A DNA stretch of 64,000 bases from Octopus sinensis (Eukaryota): contig NC_042998.1 of the NCBI RefSeq assembly GCF_006345805.1, forward strand, positions 156,116,001-156,180,000, in the 5' to 3' direction. Below, piece by piece: positions 1-11,347 of the stretch. Made by a program: the position numbers and the translations under genes. Each line of letters opens with the position of its first letter. The stretch's first letter is position 1. The notes under the pieces were generated by a model, which searched no databases, was not told where the DNA came from, and saw only the letters and a program-made list of their open reading frames with translations.

Positions 1-335
1 CAATTACCCATGGTTGAAAATTACCATTGTCAATTACCCATCAACATCGAAAATTTACGAATTTTCATGGGGGGTTCTGCCCCACTTTAAGCCATCTGAA
101 ATTCAAACCAAACATGTTGCATTATACCCGCCCTTATGCATTGAATGTAAGTTTCAAATATCATAAGGATCCATTTAGTAATTTTGGTCCATGAAATTGT
201 ATGAAATACAGAGCATTATCCTTCTCCCTAGGCTTCGATTTTGTGTTCTAAATATCATTACGATCGGTGCAGCAGTTTTCGAATGTATAAGCAATACACG
301 AACACATAAAGACATTGTCTTTGATATAATAAATA
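1..335 (+). mobile_element. 3' part of a non-autonomous Helitron-like (HINE/DINE-type) element, running off the window start
   Basis: Ends in ...gatcggtgcagcagtttt...acacgaacacataaagacatt...tataataaatat followed by TA repeats, the same terminal style as 1820-1990 and 56850-57010. The family assignment is an inference. Confidence 0.35.
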
Positions 336-415
336 TGAATGTACACATACATATATACATACATTCATACATATATATATGTGCGTGTGTGCGTGTGTGT
401 GTGTATTATATATAT

Positions 416-500
<85 letters not shown>

Positions 501-530
501 AAGATAAATTGATAGATACAACTGAGTATG

Positions 531-820
531 CAAACAAAAATATGAGACGCAGCGTAGTGCTTTTTTTACGTTGATAAGCCTGGTACTTATTCTATTAGTT
601 TCTTCTTGTGAAACCAGTAAGTTATGGGGATGTAAATAAACGAACAGCTGTTGTGAAGCAGTGATGAGGGAGAATCATCATCATCACTGAAACAAAGTTC
701 ACACATACACTTAAATATATACATACATATATATACGATTGATTTCTTTAAGTTTCTGTCTACGAAATCCATATATATACATATACATGTATATATATAT
801 ATATATATATAATATATATA

Positions 821-869
<49 letters not shown>

Positions 870-876
870 CATGTAT

Positions 877-913
<37 letters not shown>

Positions 914-921
914 CACACATA

Positions 922-965
<44 letters not shown>

Positions 966-1335
966 GCTAAATTGTGTGGGCAAACAAAAATATGAGATAC
1001 TGCCTAGTGCTTTTTTTTATTTTGATAAGCCTGGTACTTGTTCTATCAGTTTCTTCTTGTGAAACCAGTAAGTTCTGAGGATGCAAATAAACAAACACCT
1101 GTTGTGAGGCAGTGATGAGGGAGAAACGCAAAGACACACACACAGACTTACATATATACATACACATATATGCGATTGATTTCTTTCAGTTTCTGTCTAC
1201 AAAATCCACTGACAAGGCTTTGGTTGGTCTGAGGCTATAGCAGTAAACACATGCCAAGTCACCACACAGTGGGACTGAACCCAGGACCATGTATTTTGGA
1301 ACGAATTTTGTTACCATACAGCCACACCTGCACCT
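531..1335 (-). mobile_element. tRNA-derived SINE (family A) with a local tandem duplication of its 3' half plus flank
   Basis: 531-790 and 981-1210 are diverged direct copies (caaacaaaaatatgaga...gataagcctggtact...). The second continues into the SINE head, with B-box GGTTCAGTCCC and A-box TGGCTGTATGG on the minus strand at about 1270-1330. Confidence 0.75.
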
Positions 1336-1583
1336 ATGTATGTGTGTAGGCGTGTATGGGTGTATATATGTATGCATGTATATATGTGAATATATATATG
1401 TGTACATATTATATGTACATCTATATATATATACATCTACACATATACATGTATACATATACATCTATATGTATAGAAATAAATGTATACATATACAGCT
1501 ATACACACATACACACACACACATATACATAGATGCAGGTGTAGCTGTGTGGCAACAAACTTCATTCCAAAACACATATATAA

Positions 1584-1990
1584 GGATGATAAATTGAATA
1601 TTAATTTGATTAATATGAATTGAAAACCAGTGGTGTAGCATATAATACCATAGCGGATCTTCTTCTAGCAAAATGGATGTCCACTGTTAATTGTTCATCC
1701 CTCTTATATAATAGTTTGACTTTAATAGTTTCAGTATTAAAGTGAAAGTATCTGACATTACACTAGAGAGATGATTTTGTTTCACTTTTAACACGTAATA
1801 CTGAAATAGTGGAGAAGATATGATATTGCTGTGGGCTCGCCCTAGGCAAGAAGTTAGAAATCTTTTGCCCATGACACTCCCCGGACCCTAAGTAAGGCAT
1901 GTGTAAAATTTGAATGAAATTGGTTGTGTAGTTCTCAAGTTTTAGGGATTCACACAGACAGACACACATTCTCAGTTTTGTATATATAGA
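1584..1990 (+). mobile_element. Non-autonomous Helitron-like element fragment
   Basis: 1830-1990 (taggcaagaagtt...catgacactcc...catgtgtaaaattt...acacagacagacacacat) aligns by eye with 56860-57010. Confidence 0.45.
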
Positions 1991-2075
1991 TTCGTATATA
2001 TGCATATATAGATGTATATTTATAGATGTATATGTATAGATGAATATATACAGATGTATGTGTATAAATGTATAT

Positions 2076-2146
<71 letters not shown>

Positions 2147-2158
2147 TAATATATATAT

Positions 2159-2658
2159 ATATTATTGGTGAATTGAAGAAATGGAGCTGAACGAAGATTG
2201 AACAGAAATCGTTTTATTTCATTCTACACGTGTTTCGAAAGGCACAATTTACCATGGGCTCTTAGGAGCCTAGTTCGATTTGCCATGGGCTCTTAGGAGC
2301 CTAGTTCGACTTGTTTTGCTCCGCCTCTGTTCTGTTTTTGTTTTTTCCAACGGATTTCCTATTTCTTCCTGAAGAGAAAGACACAATATGGTCTCATTAT
2401 TCAATCGGATTTTGGTAAATTGTGCCTTTCGAAACACGTGTAGAATGAAATAAAACGATTTCTGTTCAATCTTCGTTCAGCTCCATTTCTTCAATTCACC
2501 AATAATATTAAAATTCAATTATCCGCACCAACGCACGGTTGCAACACCATATGGTTGTACCTCCAACCGTGCTGTCTTCTGCTGTGATTTTTGCTACCAA
2601 GGTATCGGTTAAACTTTTGATTAATCTGCTACAAGATTATTCATCTTTCTATTTCACA
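2159..2658 (+). mobile_element. Small non-coding hammerhead-bearing element (PLE-pLTR/retrozyme-like) with a 5' inverted duplication, inserted in (TA)n
   Basis: About 96-bp inverted repeat (2159-2254 vs 2413-2508), a 27-bp tandem duplication at the junction (2252-2278/2283-2309), an internal hammerhead, and (TA)n on both sides. Confidence 0.7.
2361..2451 (+). ncRNA. Type-I hammerhead ribozyme, canonical core, palindromic helix III
   Basis: ATTTCTTC-CTGAAGA(2369-2375)-helix II GAAAGACACAAT...ATTGTGCCTTTC-GAAA(2431)-CACGTG-TA^-GAATGAAAT. Helix I pairs with one bulge; predicted cut after A2442. Confidence 0.8.
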
Positions 2659-2764
2659 TAATATATATATATATATATATATAATACATTAATAAATAAA
2701 ATAAAACATATGCATATATATAAACATATATGTACGTACCTACCTCTACATGTACATATACACG

Positions 2765-3180
2765 CATATATGAGTACAGGACACCAAAAGGACGTCGAAC
2801 ACAATGAGAAACGAAAACATAGACACAAACCAAAGGAACTGGACATTTTTTTTAAAAACAGCAAAAAAAAAAATAGAGTACAGGACAATTAACACAAAGA
2901 AAAAAACCCTTCTTCAGTCGCTAAAGGTTTCATCTACTCTACGTTTCGAGGGGTAAAAGCGAGACGTATCTTCGACAAGAAACTTTCCTTCCTGCGAAAA
3001 GCAAATCAATTAAAATTCTGAGATCTTTTCGCAGAGGGGTAAAAAATGGTAGCAAAAACAGGACAGTAACGACAGTGCAAATTATAAACAGTAAAAGACA
3101 GGACAATGAAATACAAGATAAGAAAGGCTGTTAACGCCGAACGAAAAAAAGTATTGCGAACGCAGAATTTTTTATGAACG
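2765..3180 (-). mobile_element. Probable PLE-pLTR-like repeat with degenerate hammerhead-like motifs
   Basis: The minus strand reads GTTTC-TTGTCGA-A-GA...TC-GAAACGTA...GAAAC (2927-2983) followed by CTGAAGAAGGG (2907-2917); flanked by TA-rich tracts. Confidence 0.4.
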
Positions 3181-3237
3181 ACATACATATATATATATAC
3201 ATATAAATTTCTATTTGTATATATACGTATATACAAA

Positions 3238-3850
3238 GGCACGTTTTCATTCCGTTTATAAAGCGAATCACGGGTGGAAATGCGATCCAAAAGGTTCTTC
3301 TCACTCAACTCATGTGGTACCCAAACATCGTAGCGATTTGTGTACCCAAGCTTTACCAGGTGCTCATGAACGACGGATTTTGATAGGCTGAGGCTTTCTG
3401 CCAATTCTCGGGTTGTGCAATGTGGGTTATTCTCAATTAATGACTTGATTTGGTCATCATCTGTAGTGGATGGTCTGCCTGATCGCTCTTTATCAATAAG
3501 GCTACAATCTCCAGCTCGGACCCTTGCGATCCACTTCCGTACAGTTCTTTCGGATAAAGAAACATCACCGAAAACTGCGCATATTTCTTTGGTTGCTTGT
3601 GTGGCATTTATCCCTTAACAGAAAAAGAAGAGCATCAAGTGCCGAAAATGAACTTTCTTATCTTCCATTTTAAAGGGTTACAGAATTAACGCAGGTTATA
3701 GGAACATAAACCTTCTTCCACGAAAAGATAGATTAAACTGTACTCTAAATGAAGGTGTAGTCAAATCCTATTTTATGGACTCAACCATGTTCTAAAATAA
3801 GTCGAAAGGTAAGCTACTATAAATCGGCACGAACTTTCCGGACAACCCAA
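3238..3850 (-). mobile_element. Mariner transposon, 5' half (TIR + HTH region of transposase pseudogene)
   Basis: TIR TTGGGTTGTCCGGAAAGTTCGTGCCGATTT (3850-3821) next to TA. From ATG at 3668 it reads MEDKKVHFRHLMLF..*..RSGRPSTTDDDQIKSLIENNP..TTRELA..WVPHEL, truncated shortly after the mariner WVPHEL linker. Confidence 0.9.
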
Positions 3851-4345
3851 TATATGTATATACATATATATGTGTATATACATATATATATATATATATA
3901 TATCCCTCTTTCCTCCTTCCTCCTCCCCTCCCCCCTCCTTCTCCCCTCTCTCCCCCTTCCCCCTCTCCCCCCTCCCCTCCCCCTCTTCTCTCTCCACACT
4001 ACACCACACGACTTTACACATCACATCATATATGATGTGCCATACTAATACATACACCAACTAATACATACTAATACATACTAATACATACTAATACATA
4101 CACCAACCCTATACATACACACGTCCAGACCTCTCATACGCACTAATACTCTCTCATACACACACACACACACACACACCCTTATGTTGGAGTAGGTCAT
4201 TCAACCCTATTATCTCCCCTAATTTCGCTCTCGCGTCTCATGTTTGATCTTTGACTTCTGGCCGAAATCAGATCGCCATGTTGATTCGTTAGTTACTGCA
4301 CGCATTTTTTTCTCTCCTTCTTTCTGTGTTTTTTTTCTCTGTGTA

Positions 4346-4383
4346 TCTTTCTGTTGAAGAGCGTAGGCTCGAAACGTTAAAGA
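4346..4383 (+). ncRNA. Minimal hammerhead-like motif (U6 core variant) in the 5' pLTR
   Basis: TCTTT-CTGTTGA-A-GAGC GTAG GCTC-GAA-ACGT-T^-AAAGA: helix I 5 bp, helix II 4 bp, palindromic helix III; A6 replaced by U. Confidence 0.6.
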
Positions 4384-5106
4384 CTTGTTTTATTTATATT
4401 TCCTGAGCGCCATACTAATACAATTGTTTGTTTGTTTTCCACCTGCCTCGTCTTTTGTCTATTTTCATAAAGCTTCCCGTTATATATTACGCGCTCACGT
4501 GGTCTCACTTTCATCCTATATTCTACCAATACCACTATCAACACTTAATCTACCTTGGATTTTCTTTACCTCTTGGATACTTACCATTGGCTGCACCTCT
4601 CTTTCGCGGATCAAAGTGACTATGTTATTGATGTGAAATCCTTAAAAAATATACCACGACGTCTATACATTTCTAACCTTGAACTCTCAACCTTGAACTT
4701 GTTCGCATAAACTGTCCCGTTTGTTGTATTTTTATTTTCTCATATATTACCACTTTTTTACATTCATTTCATGCTTTCCACATTTTCCTGCATTTTTGTT
4801 CTCCTTTCCGTCTTTCTTCGCTCTCTGGATGTCCATACTCTGTTTCCTCTGCCTGCACCCCCTTTTTTGCCTCCCTCTCTCTCTGCTTCCCTTCTTTCTT
4901 TCCCTTTTCCGTTTGCCCCGTCTTTTCCGCCTTTATTTTCTGCTCCTATCGCTTACTTATCTAGTTTTTTCACGATTATTTTTTTTGTTCTTTTTTTTTC
5001 GAACGTTTGTTTTTCCCCTTTTCTTTCGCTATCCTTTTTTATCTATTTTTTTCATACGATAATTTTTTGTTTTTTCGAACGTTTGTTTTTTTCCCGCTAT
5101 CCCATC

Positions 5107-7969
5107 ATGTCGGATCCTAGGTCCTACCTCCTCACCCTCCATCATCGTGTGAAGGATCATCTCCGTCCACTTCCCGTAAACTGCCTTCAGCCGTCCGTTA
5201 ATCTCTCTCTACTTCTTTTTTAAAAAACCCGCTTCTCTAGCCATGTCTCTTTCCTAAGCCGCTGCCTACATCACCGACTCATCCCTAAAGGTTTCCGCCT
5301 CCACTTCCACACTGCTCTCCACTCGGATTCTTCCATCTTACCCATACTCCGCACCACATCTTACCGCCTTATGCGGGCCACCATTCGCTCCAATCTCTCT
5401 AAACTACATACCATCAACCGCCTTCTTCCTCCTGCTTTCTCCACATTCTTCTCCTCTCTGCCGCCTCTCTATGCTCCAAACACGATACGCTTCATTATCC
5501 ATTTGAATCACCTCTTCCATCAATTTCTTTTCGATACCAAACTTCGTAAACTCCAATCACTCCTCCATTCCACCATACCCGACGCCACTACCCCAACTCC
5601 TCCACTACCCTTCTCCCCTCCCGATAGGCTCCATCCACCCACACCTAACCCCACTGCCCCTCCCTACAACCCCTTCTCCCCTCCTGATAGGCTCCATCCA
5701 CCTACACCTAACCCTACTGCCCCCCCAACCACCCCCACACACCTCCCCAATCCCTCCCCCTCAGACCTCCACGAGACCTACCACCCCTCCTACTTCTATT
5801 CCACCCCCCTCTCCACTTCCGTCTGTTGTTACCATTCCCCCCGATCTTCCCCTCTCTGCGGCTGAACGCTCCGTCCTTAGTAGGGGTCTGCGTTTCATCC
5901 CCCTCACTCCATCCTGTAAGGAATTCCAGACGCGAGTTGATGTCCACAGCTTTGTGCGCCGCGTCCGGTTGGGTGCGCATTACCACGACTCACCACCCAC
6001 ACCCAACGAAGAGGACTGCTTCACGGGCCTGGGCCGCCGACCATCCCCGTGGACGCCTGCCCCTGGCCAGTTCCTAGCAGTGGATCTTTTCGCGGGCGCT
6101 TGTCAGCGTGCATTGGAGAGGTTCAACTTCTCCAGGCGCCAACGCCGCCTCAACATCTCCCCGGCTGAGGTCTTGGCTCTTCGTTCCCTCCAACGGCGCG
6201 CTGACATTATCATCAAACCGCTTGACAAGGGTGGAGCTGTAGTGGTGTGGCGCGCGGACCTCTATAGGGCCGAGGCTTTCCGCCAACTCAATGACACCTC
6301 CTTCTACTCCCCTCTGCCCTCTAACCCGACACGTAGCTACCAACAGACGGTATCCTCTACTGTCCGCGACCTCATCTCGTCCTCCCGTCTCCCCCACACC
6401 GCATCCAACCTAATTGTGCGAACCCCACGTACCCCCACCATTTACTTCCACCCCAAAATCCACAAACCCAACAACCCTGGCCGCCCCATCGTCTCCGCCT
6501 GTAACTGCCCCACGGAGCTCATCTCTAAATACCTCGACCGTGTCCTTGCCCCCCTAGTGGCATCTCTTCCCTCCCACATCCACGATACCAACCATGCTCT
6601 CCGGCTTTTCAACTCTTTCTCCTTTCCTCCCGGCTCCTCCAAAATCCTTTTTACTACGGACATCCAAAGCCTCTATACTGTTATCCCTCACCACGAAGGA
6701 CTGCAGGCCCTTCGACACTTTCTTGACCTCCGCTCCAACCCTGAACCTGACACCTCCACACTCATTCGTCTGGCCGAACTTGTCCTTACTCTGAACTGCT
6801 TCTCGTTCGCGGGCGAGTTCTACCATCAGGTCTCGGGAGTGGGCCCCAACTATGCGAACCTGTTCGTTGGCTATGTTGAGGCCCAAATATTCTCTAATTT
6901 CACTGGTCCCACTCCTGAACTATATGGTCGTTACATTGACGACATTATCGGTGCCACCTCACTCTCCCGTGAACATCTAGATTCCTTCCTCTCTTTCGTC
7001 CAATCTTTCCATCCAGCCCTCCACTTCACTTCCACTATCTCCAACACCTCTGTCTCCTTCCTCAACATTTCGGTTAGCATTCTTCACTCCACTCTTACCA
7101 CCTCCATTCACTACAAACACACAGACTCACACTCATACCTCAACTTCTCTTCCTCCCACCCAGAACACACCAAGCTTTCCATCCCCTATTCCCAATTCCT
7201 CCGTCTACGTAGGCTCTGTAGTGACGACCATGACTTTGAGACTCAGTCTCAACGTATGGCTCACAACTTCACCCTACGTGGATACCCCCTCACCACTATC
7301 CACACCGCCCTTGCCAGAGCACGGTCCGTGGACCGTGTATCTGCCCTCTCTCCCCGAACCCGCCCTGTAGTCTCCCGCCTCCCTTTTCCCCTCACTTACC
7401 ACCCCACGACCCTACCTCTCCAACGCACCATTCTTCGAGCTTTCCGTCATCTCCAGTCCGACCCGTCCACTTCACACCTCTTCCCTAACCGACTCCTCCC
7501 TTCTTTCAAACGAGCCCACAACCTTCGAGACCTTTTGGTCCATAGCTCCTTCCCTGACCCTACCTCCCAACCCGGCTCGTTCCCCTGCTCCCGCCCACGT
7601 TGCCGCACTTGCCCTTACCTCTCCAACACCACCCTCCTCACTAGCACCCATCATTGACCCTATCGCATCATCAAGTCCTTCACCTGCACCTCCAGCAATA
7701 TTATCTATTGCGTCTCTTGCTCTCTCTGCCATTCCTTGTACATCGGACAAACGGGACGCCGCTTGGCTGACCGGTTCGCAGAACACCTTCGTGACATCCA
7801 CCTTGCGAACGACACACCGGTCTCACGCCATTTCCGCTCCACCGGTCACTCCTTGCAACACCTGTCTGTGTTCGGTTTGTCCTTACACAGAGGCCATCCG
7901 GATTCCCGTTTGCGCCGTGAACAGGAATTAATCTTCTCTCTTCGCTCTTATACGCCATTTGGTCTCAAC
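5107..7969 (+). pseudogene. PLE reverse transcriptase / GIY-YIG endonuclease polyprotein, disrupted
   Basis: N-terminal HVSFLSRCLHHRLIPKGF; RT motifs DKGGAVVVW, PKIHKPNNPGRPIVS, DIQSLYTVIP, RYIDD; Cys linker CSRPRCRTC; NIIYCVSCSLCHSLYIGQTGRRLADRFAEH...GLN. Lesions: stops at 5221 and 7655, frameshifts near 5800-5950, and a missing AMGTxM segment in RT motif B at about 6840. Confidence 0.93.
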
Positions 7970-8618
7970 TCTCCCCCCTCCTCATCTAACCCCCCTCTCC
8001 CCCTCCTCACATACTTCCCCCCCGACCCCTACTTCTCTTCAGTCCTTCATCCTTTCACCCCTACTCCCCTTCCCTTCTTCCCTCTTTCTCCCTCCCTCCT
8101 TCCCTCTTCCCCTTCCCTCTTCCACTTCCCTCTTCCCCTTCCCTCTTCCCCTTCCCTCTGCTCCCTCACTCCCCTTCTCTCTCCCCCTCTCCCTCTTTCC
8201 TCCTCCTCCTCCCCCTTCCTCCCCTCCTCCCCTCTTCTCCCCCTTCCCCTCCCCTCTTCTCCTCTCTCCACACTACACCACACGACTTTACACATCACAT
8301 CATATATGATGTGCCATACTAATACATACACCAACTAATACATACTAATACATACTAATACATACTAATACATACACCAACCCTATACATACACACGTCC
8401 AGACCTCTCATACGCACTAATACTCTCTCATACACACACACACACACACACACCCTTATGTTGGAGTAGGTCATTCAACCCTATTATCTCCCCTAATTTC
8501 GCTCTCGCGTCTCATGTTTGATCTTTGACTTCTGGCCGAAATCAGATCGCCATGTTGATTCGTTAGTTACTGCACGCATTTTTTTCTCTCCTTCTTTCTG
8601 TGTTTTTTTTTCTGTGTA

Positions 8619-8656
8619 TCTTTCTGTTGAAGAGCGTAGGCTCGAAACGTTAAAGA
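8619..8656 (+). ncRNA. Minimal hammerhead-like motif (U6 core variant) in the 3' pLTR
   Basis: Identical to 4346-4383, 4273 bp downstream. Confidence 0.6.
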
Positions 8657-8740
8657 CTTGTTTTATTTATATTTCCTGAGCGCCATACTAATACAATTGT
8701 TTGTTTGTTTTCCACCTGCCTTCGTCTTTTGTCTATTTTC

Positions 8741-8772
<32 letters not shown>

Positions 8773-10091
8773 ATATACATATATATATGTGTATATATAC
8801 GCATATATATGTGTGTATATATACATATATTGGCCTGCTCGCTTAGCCCGCGGGGTGGCGTCATTGAAGGCTAAAACAATGCGAAGCGCATTGTGACCAG
8901 CGATGTGTAGCAACATCTGATATCTATATTTATATATAGATATATGTATTGTGTATACATATGTATGTATATATATATATATATATACATGTATATATAT
9001 ATGTATATATATATAAAGATGTATACATACATATATATGTATGCAATTTTCTAGATGGTGTAATTTAATTGTTCATTTTGAATTGATAAAAGATGTTTTT
9101 TTCTAATATTTTATGTATATGTATGTATATATATATATATATAATAATATATATATATATATATAATATATATATATATAGTAGTATAAATATCAACACA
9201 CTTATTTCTCCTTCTTCCTCTCTTCCCTTCTCCAAACTCACAGACACCCCCATACACACACACACACACACACACCTCCACAAAACAATCATTAAAAGAA
9301 TTCTTCTCTAAACCCAAAAATCCATTTGACCATCTCTCATTCAACACACACACTCTCACTGACAAGGATTAAAAGAAATAAAATTTATGGTCTACCTCCC
9401 CGCCACCACACACTCAATAACACTATGAAATGGTCAAAACTGAAATTCTTTTCCCCAAGATTTTAGACCCCCCCCTTGGAGTAAGTATCCCGTCGTGCAG
9501 AGCAAAAAATTCTTTTCTTCTTCTTCCCTCTCCTTTCCCCTCTTTTTCTTTAGCACACATTCCAAATACAAAAACACACACACACACGCACACACACACA
9601 CACACACATACACACATGCTCTCTCTCTCTCACTTTCTCCTCATACATCACCCTCTTGTACTGTCTTATATTCCTCCCCACCACTACAAACTCAATACCA
9701 CTATGAAATGGTCAAAACTTTTCACACAGGAACTTAGTTTGATTTGAAAACCCCACTAGAATGGGAGAAAGCGCTAATACACGATCTAAGTTTTATGATG
9801 TATAAAAACATGTAATATACAAATAATTATCTGTAAATATAAACCATCCGATTTTCTGAGTACCTCATTTCTTCTAATATAAAATACCTGTACATCATCT
9901 CCAAACCTTCCAATATATATACGTATATATATATACATGTGCATATACATGTATATATATATGTATATAAATGTATATTTATGCATCTTTGAATATACAT
10001 GTTTATATATATATGTATATATATATATATACATATGTATATACATCTATATATATGTATATATGTAAGTGTATATATATATGAGTATATA

Positions 10092-10304
10092 TACTCTTTT
10101 ACTCTTTTACTTGTTTCAGTCATTTTGACTGTGGCCATGCTGGAGCACCGCCTTTAGTCGAGGAACTCGACCCCGGGACGTATTCTTTGTAAGCCTAGTA
10201 CTTATTCTATCGGTCTCTTTTTGCTAAACCGCTAAGTGACGGGGACATAAACACACCAGCATCGGTTGTCAAGTAATGCTAGGGGGACAAACACAGACAC
10301 ACAA

Positions 10305-10337
<33 letters not shown>

Positions 10338-10503
10338 CATATATACGACAGGCTTCTTTGAGTTTCCGTCTACCAAATCCACTCACAAGGCATTGGTCGG
10401 CCCGGGGCTATAGCAGAAGACACTTGCCCAAGATTCCACGCAGTGGGACTGAACCCGGAACCATGTGGTTGGTTAGCAACCTACTTACCACACAGCCACT
10501 CCT
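10092..10503 (-). mobile_element. Full-length tRNA-derived SINE family A with an internal (TA)n(TG)n tract
   Basis: On the minus strand: A-box TGGCTGTGTGG, B-box GGTTCAGTCCC, body, internal microsatellite, and 3' end GGTGCTCCAGCATGGCCACAGTCAAAATGACTGAAAC + (AGTAAAAG)n. Confidence 0.9.
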
Positions 10504-10585
10504 ACATATATGTATGTATATTTATACATGTGTATATGTATGTATGTATGTATATATATGTATATATATATATATATATAAATAT

Positions 10586-10630
<45 letters not shown>

Positions 10631-10639
10631 GTGTATATG

Positions 10640-10870
10640 TGTGTGGGTGGGTGTGAGTGTGTGTATGTGTGTCTCTGTTTGTACCCCAACCATCACTTCA
10701 GGACCGATGTTGCTATGTTTAGGTCCACGTAACTTAGCCGTTTGCCAAAACACAGCGATAAAATAAGTACTAGATTTACAAAGAATGAATGCTGGGTCGA
10801 TTTCTTCGATCAAAGGCAAGGCTACAGTATAGCCCCAGTCACATGACCGACCCAAGTAAAACAATAAAAA
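10640..10870 (+). mobile_element. SINE family A, diverged 3' half
   Basis: gtttgtacccc...cgtaacttagc...ataagtactaga...cagtcacatgaccga...agtaaaa matches the family A tail. Confidence 0.7.
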
Positions 10871-10964
10871 ACTACGCCATTTTAATTCAGTACATTATGG
10901 GGTATCTCTGCTAGTATCTATCTATCTTGTCCACACTCACACACATGTATACATATATAAAGGC

Positions 10965-11195
10965 GTAACCCCCTTCGCTCGTGAATGACCACGGGATTGC
11001 CTCTCGAATGTTACCCTCCGGGGCGCAAGTCCGAGCAAGGTTGTTTATAGAAGACCAGCTGTCGCTCATGTATACCAGCCTCCCCACTTCACGCTGCTGA
11101 TGTTATCCAAAGGAAAGGCAAAGGCCGATACAGCTTGGCACCAGTGTCGTCGTAACTCAATTCTACAGTTGAATAAACTGGAACAACGTCAAATT
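10965..11195 (-). mobile_element. SINE family B fragment (no head)
   Basis: Aligns by eye with 35130-35350 (gaagaccagc...atccaa.ggaaagg.aaaggccgatacagcttggcacc). Confidence 0.75.
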
Positions 11196-11347
11196 GTCTT
11201 TAATAAAGTGTATATATCTACAGGTATGTATGTATGTATGTATGTATGTATGTATGTATGTATGTATGTATGTATGTATGTATGTATGTATATTTATCTC
11301 TCTCTATAATATAGATGCGTATATATATGTGTGTATATATATATATA

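Larger units (their letters stand above)
3903..8743 (+). mobile_element. Penelope-like retroelement (Neptune-type), near full length with direct pLTRs, inserted in (TA)n
   Basis: Near-identical direct repeats at about 3903-4469 and 8191-8743 flank an RT + GIY-YIG ORF. Each repeat carries a hammerhead-like motif; (TA)n lies on both sides. Confidence 0.95.

Noticed and set aside
175-1597. Numerous YI/CV/HT/MYVC-repeat ORFs here and throughout the window
   Set aside because: Translations of (TA)n, (CA)n, (TATG)n and (TCTA)n microsatellites.
4721-5106. Phe/Leu-rich ORFs resembling membrane proteins
   Set aside because: Pyrimidine-rich PLE leader; low complexity.
10430-10503. tRNA-like A/B boxes (also at 18.8, 20.6, 35.4, 35.7 and 57.1 kb)
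   Set aside because: SINE heads continuous with SINE bodies; no complete cloverleaf seen.
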